Positions 36,199 to 41,539 of a stretch of DNA of 41,539 nt are shown in pieces. The translations under genes were made by a program, and so were the position numbers. Numbering within the stretch: position 1 is the first letter of the stretch; each line of letters opens with the position of its first letter. Source of the stretch: an uncultured Alistipes sp. (lineage in GTDB: Bacteria > Bacteroidota > Bacteroidia > Bacteroidales > Rikenellaceae); assembly GCA_937889065.1 (NCBI GenBank), contig CALAQA010000103.1, positions 1 to 41,539 of the forward strand. The letters run 5' to 3'. The notes below the pieces were generated by a model. The model saw only the letters and a program-made list of their open reading frames with translations, had not been told where the DNA came from and did no database searches.

Positions 36199-37320
36199 AT
36201 GTCAAACAATATCCGATTAATCGTCAGTGGTGGTGGTACAGGCGGGCATATCTTTCCTGCCCTGTCAATAGCGGGTGCCGTGAAAGCCAAGTGTCCCGAT
36301 GCCGAGATACTCTTCGTGGGTGCCGAGAATCGTATGGAGATGCAGCGCGTGCCTGCTGCAGGATACCGTATCATCGGTTTGCCGGTGAGCGGCTTCGACC
36401 GCAAGCACCTGCTCAAGAATATTGCTGTGCTGTGGCGTCTGATGAAGAGCCGCCGCAAGGCACGCCGTATCATCCGTGAATTCCGTCCTCACGTGGCTGT
36501 GGGCGTGGGTGGTTATGCGAGCGGTCCTACACTCAAGGAGGCCGGTGCGATGGGCATCCCTACGCTGCTGCAGGAGCAGAACTCCTACGCCGGCGTCACC
36601 AACAAGCTGTTGGCCAAGCAGGCCGACTGCATCTGCGTGGCCTACGAGAGCATGGAGCGTTTCTTCCCGAAGGAGAAGATCAAGCTTACGGGTAATCCCG
36701 TGCGGCAGAACCTCTTGGAGGCCTCCATCACGCACGACGATGCTGTGCGCACCTTCGGCCTCGATCCCACGAAGAAGACTATCCTCATCGTGGGTGGTAG
36801 CCTCGGTGCCCGTACGCTCAATGAGAGTATGTTGCAGGCGTGGGACACCCTTGGGAAGTCCGACGTGCAGTTTATCTGGCAGACGGGCAAGTACTACCAC
36901 GAGCAGATTACCGCTCAGCTGCGTGGCCGTGAGTTGCCGAACGTGCATGTGTGCGACTTCATCAGCAGCATGGATGCTGCATACGCGGCTGCCGACCTGG
37001 TCATCTCCCGTGCCGGCGCAGGCTCCATCTCCGAGTTCTGTCTGCTGGGCAAGGCGGTGATACTGGTGCCCTCGCCCAATGTAGCCGAGGACCATCAGAC
37101 CAAGAACGCCCTTGCCCTGGTGAATAAGGAGGCGGCTCTCTACGTCAAGGATGCCGATGCCACGGCCAAGCTGGTGGCTCTCGCTCTCGACACGGTAGAG
37201 GACGAAGGCAAGTTGGCACAGCTGCGCACAAACATACTCACCTTAGCTTTCCATCATTCAGCCGAGGTCATTGCCGACGAGGTGATAGCATTGGCTACAA
37301 AGTATAAGAATCAGTGTTAA
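36199..37320 (+). CDS. murG: Undecaprenyl-PP-MurNAc-pentapeptide GlcNAc transferase
   Basis: SGGGTGGHIFP, GGYASGP, EQNS, TGNPVR, GGSLGA, SRAGA, HQTKNA. Confidence 0.97.
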   Translation: MSNNIRLIVSGGGTGGHIFPALSIAGAVKAKCPDAEILFVGAENRMEMQRVPAAGYRIIGLPVSGFDRKHLLKNIAVLWRLMKSRRKARRIIREFRPHVAVGVGGYASGPTLKEAGAMGIPTLLQEQNSYAGVTNKLLAKQADCICVAYESMERFFPKEKIKLTGNPVRQNLLEASITHDDAVRTFGLDPTKKTILIVGGSLGARTLNESMLQAWDTLGKSDVQFIWQTGKYYHEQITAQLRGRELPNVHVCDFISSMDAAYAAADLVISRAGAGSISEFCLLGKAVILVPSPNVAEDHQTKNALALVNKEAALYVKDADATAKLVALALDTVEDEGKLAQLRTNILTLAFHHSAEVIADEVIALATKYKNQC

Positions 37321-37351
37321 GTAATGTGTGGAAATAACCGGCATCGTTCTC

Positions 37352-37425
37352 GTGTCATTCTGAGCAGCGCGAAGAATCTCGTCGAGTGCTATGCGAGATG
37401 TTTCACTTCGTTCAACATGACAAAC
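37352..37425. repeat. REP/MITE-like palindromic element, copy 2 (inverted relative to copy 1)
   Basis: GTGTCATTCTGAGC..GAAGAATCTCG ... GCGAGATGTTTCACTTCGTTCAACATGACAAAC. Confidence 0.75.
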
Positions 37426-37472
37426 AGGTGCAACTTGTTATTTTCATTTCGCTAAAAAGTATAAGACCGAAC

Positions 37473-38852
37473 ATGGAGATTGATGCAATAAAATCAGTAT
37501 ATTTCATCGGTGCCGGTGGCATCGGTATGAGTGCCCTGGTACGTTACTTCTTGTCGTTGGGCAAGGTGGTGGCAGGGTATGACCGCACGTCGAGTGAGCT
37601 CACCGAACGCCTCAATGCAGAGGGTGCGGCTATCCACTATGAGGACGACTGTGCCTTGATTCCCGATGAGTGCCGTGACAAGGCGCATACGCTGGTGGTG
37701 TACACACCGGCCGTGCCGCAGGACCATAGCGAGCTCAGCTGGTTCCGTGAGCAGGGTTTCGAGATTCAGAAGCGTGCCCAGCTGCTGGGTACCATCACCC
37801 GCAGCCGCCGAGGCCTGTGTGTGGCGGGTACGCACGGCAAGACCACCACGTCGACCATGGCGGCCCATCTCATCTATGGCTCGCATGTGGGGACTACGGC
37901 CTTTCTTGGAGGCATCTCGCAGAACTATGGCACCAATCTGCTGCTCTCGGACAAGAGCGACTATGTAGTGATTGAGGCTGATGAGTTTGACCGCTCGTTC
38001 CATCAGCTGCGCCCCTACATGTCGGTAATCACCTCCACTGACCCCGACCACCTGGACATCTATGGTACTCCCGAAGCCTATTGGGAGAGCTTCGAGAAGT
38101 ACACCTCGCTCATCCGCCCCGACGGTGTGCTCATCATCCACGAAGGGCTGGAGATAAAGCCGCAGGTGCAGCCGGGAGTGCGTGTATATACCTATTCGCG
38201 TGACAAGGGCGACTTTCATGCCGAGAATATACGCATTGGTGGAGGCGAGATAGTGATTGACTTCGTGCACCCTGAGGGCACGATCAAGGATATTTGCCTC
38301 GGTGTACCCTTGAGTGTCAATATCGACAATGGCGTGGCCGCCATGGCGATGGCCCGTCTGGCAGGCGTCACCGACGAGGAACTGCGTGCAGGCATGGAGA
38401 GCTTCCGAGGTGTGGAGCGCCGCTTCGACTTCAAGCTGAAGAGCGATGCCAAGGTCTACCTCAGCGACTATGCCCATCATCCGGCCGAGATACGCCAGAG
38501 TGCTCTCTCCATACGCGAGCTGTATGCAGGGCGTAAGGTGACAGCCATTTTCCAACCTCACCTCTACTCACGCACACAGGACTTCTACCGTGAGTTTGCC
38601 GAGAGCCTCTCGCTCTTCGATGAGGTCATCCTCACCGACATATATCCTGCTCGTGAGAAACCCATCCCAGGAGTTACCAGTGCGCTCATCTACGACAACC
38701 TCGCTGCTCATGTGCAGAAGCAGATGATAAGCAAGAGCGATGTGCTCGCTACCGTAGAGGCCAAGAAAAACGAGCTGGAGGTGCTCGTGACGCTCGGCGC
38801 AGGCGATATAGAGAATTATGCAACAGAGATAACGAAGATTCTGAAGAAATGA
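37473..38852 (+). CDS. murC: UDP-N-acetylmuramate--L-alanine ligase
   Basis: FIGAGGIGMS, AGTHGKTTTS, EADEFDRSF, DHLD, DYAHHP, FQPH..SRT, GAGDI. Start MEIDAIK at 37473. Confidence 0.97.
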   Translation: MEIDAIKSVYFIGAGGIGMSALVRYFLSLGKVVAGYDRTSSELTERLNAEGAAIHYEDDCALIPDECRDKAHTLVVYTPAVPQDHSELSWFREQGFEIQKRAQLLGTITRSRRGLCVAGTHGKTTTSTMAAHLIYGSHVGTTAFLGGISQNYGTNLLLSDKSDYVVIEADEFDRSFHQLRPYMSVITSTDPDHLDIYGTPEAYWESFEKYTSLIRPDGVLIIHEGLEIKPQVQPGVRVYTYSRDKGDFHAENIRIGGGEIVIDFVHPEGTIKDICLGVPLSVNIDNGVAAMAMARLAGVTDEELRAGMESFRGVERRFDFKLKSDAKVYLSDYAHHPAEIRQSALSIRELYAGRKVTAIFQPHLYSRTQDFYREFAESLSLFDEVILTDIYPAREKPIPGVTSALIYDNLAAHVQKQMISKSDVLATVEAKKNELEVLVTLGAGDIENYATEITKILKK

Positions 38853-39577
38853 AAAAGCTACTTTCTACCATCGTCCTCATCCTCTTAGCAGGCTACATCG
38901 TGTTTGCCACGATAGCCTTCTGCAACAAACCGGCCGATCAGGTATGCAAGGGCATCCGCCTGGAGATGCGCGACAGCCTGAAGACAGGCTATATGACCAC
39001 AGCCGATGTGGTGTCTCTGCTCAAGCAGAAGGATTTGGACCCTACGGGCAGGCTCCTCGATGAGGTGAGCTGCCGCGCCATAGAGAAGGTGCTCGACGAG
39101 GTGCCTCTCATTGCCCAAAGCGAGTGTTACAAGACGATAGCGGGCTATGTGGTGGTAGAGGTGGAGTGTCGCCGTCCTATCCTGCGCGTCATTGCCAACT
39201 CGGGCGACAATTTCTACATCGATGAGCAGGGCGAGGTGATAGAGCACATCGCCCGACCAACCTATATCCCTGTTGCCACAGGACATGTCAGGCGCGATTT
39301 TGCTCAGAAGGAGCTGCTCACCCTGGCGCAGTTTCTCCGTGCCGACGACCTGTGGAATGCCCAGATAGAGCAGATCTATGTCACCTCCAATGAGGAGATT
39401 GAGCTGATACCTCGTGTGGGCGACCACACCATCGTGCTGGGACGTCCCGGTAACTATGCCTACAAGTTCAGCAAGCTGCGTACTTTCTATGAGAAGGGCC
39501 TCAGTGAAGTGGGGTGGGACAGATACTCGCGCATCAACATTGACTATAACAACCAGGTGGTAGGTACGAAGAGGTAG
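38849..39577 (+). CDS. ftsQ: Cell division protein FtsQ/DivIB
   Basis: N-terminal TM, R.PI.RV, W.AQIEQI, ELIPRVG.H; lies between murC and ftsA. Confidence 0.88.
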   Translation: MKKLLSTIVLILLAGYIVFATIAFCNKPADQVCKGIRLEMRDSLKTGYMTTADVVSLLKQKDLDPTGRLLDEVSCRAIEKVLDEVPLIAQSECYKTIAGYVVVEVECRRPILRVIANSGDNFYIDEQGEVIEHIARPTYIPVATGHVRRDFAQKELLTLAQFLRADDLWNAQIEQIYVTSNEEIELIPRVGDHTIVLGRPGNYAYKFSKLRTFYEKGLSEVGWDRYSRINIDYNNQVVGTKR

Positions 39578-39693
39578 TCGGGGCTATGCTTGATAAGTAA
39601 ACAACTATTGTCTTCGCTAAATCGAAAAAATATAGTAACTTTACACCCTCTTTTCGGATAGGTGTATAAAACGATAAAGAAACAGCATTAGAT

Positions 39694-41115
39694 ATGGCAA
39701 CAAATGACTTAATCGTAGCAATTGAACTTGGCTCGTCGAAGATAGCTGGGGCTGTGGGACGCAAGCGCCCCGACGGTAGTCTGCAAGTGGTGGCCTACGC
39801 CAGTGAGCCCGCCTCGGGCTTCGTGCGCCGTGGTGTGGTATACAACATCGACAAGACAGCACAGTGCCTGACCGACCTCGTCAACCGGTTGGAACCTGAG
39901 CTGAACAATGCTACAATAGAGCAAGCATACGTGGGTGTGGGCGGATACACCCTACATTCTGAACTGAATACCGTGGCACGCTCCTTTGAGGAGGAGACCC
40001 GCGTGTCGGATAACATCGTCACCGGCATGGAGGAGGAGAATGCGGCCAAGGAATATCCGGGTCATAACATCCTGGTGATGGTGTCGCAGGAGTACAAGAT
40101 TGGTAATAACTTGCTGAACGACCCTGTGGGGGTGAACTGCATGCGTATCGAAGGTAACTACCTCAATATCTTGGCCCGCACATCGGTGATGGACAACACG
40201 GGTAAGAGCTTCGAGCTGGCCAAGGTGAATATTGCCAATGACTCTATCGCCCCATTGGTGGCTGCCGATGTGCTGCTCACCGACAATGAACGCCGCCAAG
40301 GATGTGTACTGGTAGACTTCGGTGCCGATACCACTACCGTATCGGTGTATAAGGGGGGCTATCTGCGCTTCCTCACCGTCATTCCTATGGGCGGACAGAA
40401 TATTACCCGCGACCTGTGCTCCTTGCAGCTCGATGAGCAGGAGGCCGAGCGCATCAAACGCAACTATGGCTTGGTGTTCCCGGCATCGGCCGATGAGACC
40501 GTGCAGGTCGATGCCAGCCGCTTCATTGAGGTGCGCAAGGTGCATGATGTCATCGAGGCTCGCTTCGAGGAGATTATGCTCAATGTGTGTCATCAGATAG
40601 AGGCCTCAGGCTATGAACTCAAAAACCTCCTTGCCGGCGTAGTCTTCTGTGGCGGTGGCATCAACCTCAAGGGCATTGAGGGTGTACTGACGCAGAAGTT
40701 CCAATCAACCAAAATCCGTCTTGCACATGACACAGCCGTGCAGGTCGACTGGGATACCGCTACGCATCCCGAGAATGGTACGCAGGGTGTGCTCGTAGGT
40801 CTGCTGATGGCAGGCGAGGAGACCTGCTTCCAGGAGGTGCAGATGGAGATTCAGCCCGAGGATTACAAGGATGCCGTGACGGGTAACCTCTTCAATGACG
40901 AGGGCGAAAGTGCTCAGGAAGAGCGTGACCGCAAACGCATGGAGGAGCTTCAGCGCAAGCGCGAGGAGGCTGCCAAGCGTGCGCAGGAGAGAAAAGAGAA
41001 GCAGAAGGGCTTCCTCTCGGGCATTATGAAGAAGATTAAGTCCGTAGGTGAGAAGTTCGAAGAGGGTATCGGCGAATTCCTCTCCGATGAAGATAAAGAC
41101 GATAATAATAAATAA
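39694..41115 (+). CDS. ftsA: Cell division protein FtsA
   Basis: [32 protein letters not shown]; charged C-terminal tail with an amphipathic end. Confidence 0.93.
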   Translation: MATNDLIVAIELGSSKIAGAVGRKRPDGSLQVVAYASEPASGFVRRGVVYNIDKTAQCLTDLVNRLEPELNNATIEQAYVGVGGYTLHSELNTVARSFEEETRVSDNIVTGMEEENAAKEYPGHNILVMVSQEYKIGNNLLNDPVGVNCMRIEGNYLNILARTSVMDNTGKSFELAKVNIANDSIAPLVAADVLLTDNERRQGCVLVDFGADTTTVSVYKGGYLRFLTVIPMGGQNITRDLCSLQLDEQEAERIKRNYGLVFPASADETVQVDASRFIEVRKVHDVIEARFEEIMLNVCHQIEASGYELKNLLAGVVFCGGGINLKGIEGVLTQKFQSTKIRLAHDTAVQVDWDTATHPENGTQGVLVGLLMAGEETCFQEVQMEIQPEDYKDAVTGNLFNDEGESAQEERDRKRMEELQRKREEAAKRAQERKEKQKGFLSGIMKKIKSVGEKFEEGIGEFLSDEDKDDNNK

Positions 41116-41126
41116 ACGATAGCACT

Positions 41127-41539
41127 ATGAACGATAACGATATTATGCCATTTGACCTGCCTACCGAGGCTCCGAAGATCATCAAGGTGATAGGTGTCGG
41201 AGGTGGTGGCGGTAATGCCGTGAAAAACATGTACCGCACAGGCATTCAGGATGTGTCATTCGTCTTGTGCAATACCGACAATCAGGCATTGGCCAAGTCG
41301 GAGATTCCCGTCAAACTGCAGATTGGTCGCAACACGACCAAGGGTCTCGGTGCTGGCAATGACCCCGATGTGGCTCGCCAAGCTGCAGAGGAGAATATCG
41401 AGGACATACGCAAGCAGTTCCAGGACGGTACGGAGATGGTATTCATCACCGCCGGTATGGGTGGTGGTACGGGTACCGGTGCCGCTCCCGTCGTGGCTCG
41501 TGTAGCCAAGGAGTCGGGGGTGCTCACAGTGGGTGTGGT
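41127..41539 (+). CDS. ftsZ: Cell division protein FtsZ (3' truncated by window edge)
   Basis: [25 protein letters not shown], and the tubulin signature [10 protein letters not shown]. Confidence 0.97.
   Translation, partial: MNDNDIMPFDLPTEAPKIIKVIGVGGGGGNAVKNMYRTGIQDVSFVLCNTDNQALAKSEIPVKLQIGRNTTKGLGAGNDPDVARQAAEENIEDIRKQFQDGTEMVFITAGMGGGTGTGAAPVVARVAKESGVLTVGV

Noticed and set aside
37386..37472. N-terminal extension of MurC (MLCEMFHFVQHDK...)
   Set aside because: It reads through the REP-like element; the conserved MurC N-terminus starts at 37473.

Overview
Bacteroidota (Bacteroidales-type) genomic window. From left to right: (1) the 3' end of proS, a secreted SGNH esterase and a convergent ECF sigma factor followed by an unannotated 48-aa ORF. 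(2) A ~20-kb minus-strand Wzx/Wzy capsule/EPS locus (about 2.7-22.9 kb) that appears to form two transcription units. Unit 1 is HAD phosphatase-wzx-glycosyltransferases/acyltransferase-wzy-GT4s. Unit 2 is GT4-priming sugar transferase-[PqqD/RRE, nucleotidyltransferase, HPr-kinase-like kinase]-wza-wzc-ompA. (3) A divergent phosphoethanolamine-transferase-like gene, a cyclophilin and a hypothetical protein. (4) A susC-susD-lipoprotein trio with no CAZyme, then tRNA-Ser(CGA). (5) An M18 aminopeptidase and a dcw fragment murG-murC-ftsQ-ftsA-ftsZ(partial). The most interesting signals are: a lasso-peptide-like tailoring module (RRE + NTase + kinase) inside the capsule export operon with no visible precursor, cyclase or leader peptidase; a duplicated promoter-plus-leader element heading both capsule units; a poly-G-containing upstream ORF before susC; and a codon-usage break just after the tRNA that may mark a chimeric join. 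All calls come from reading motifs by eye; no database searches were run.
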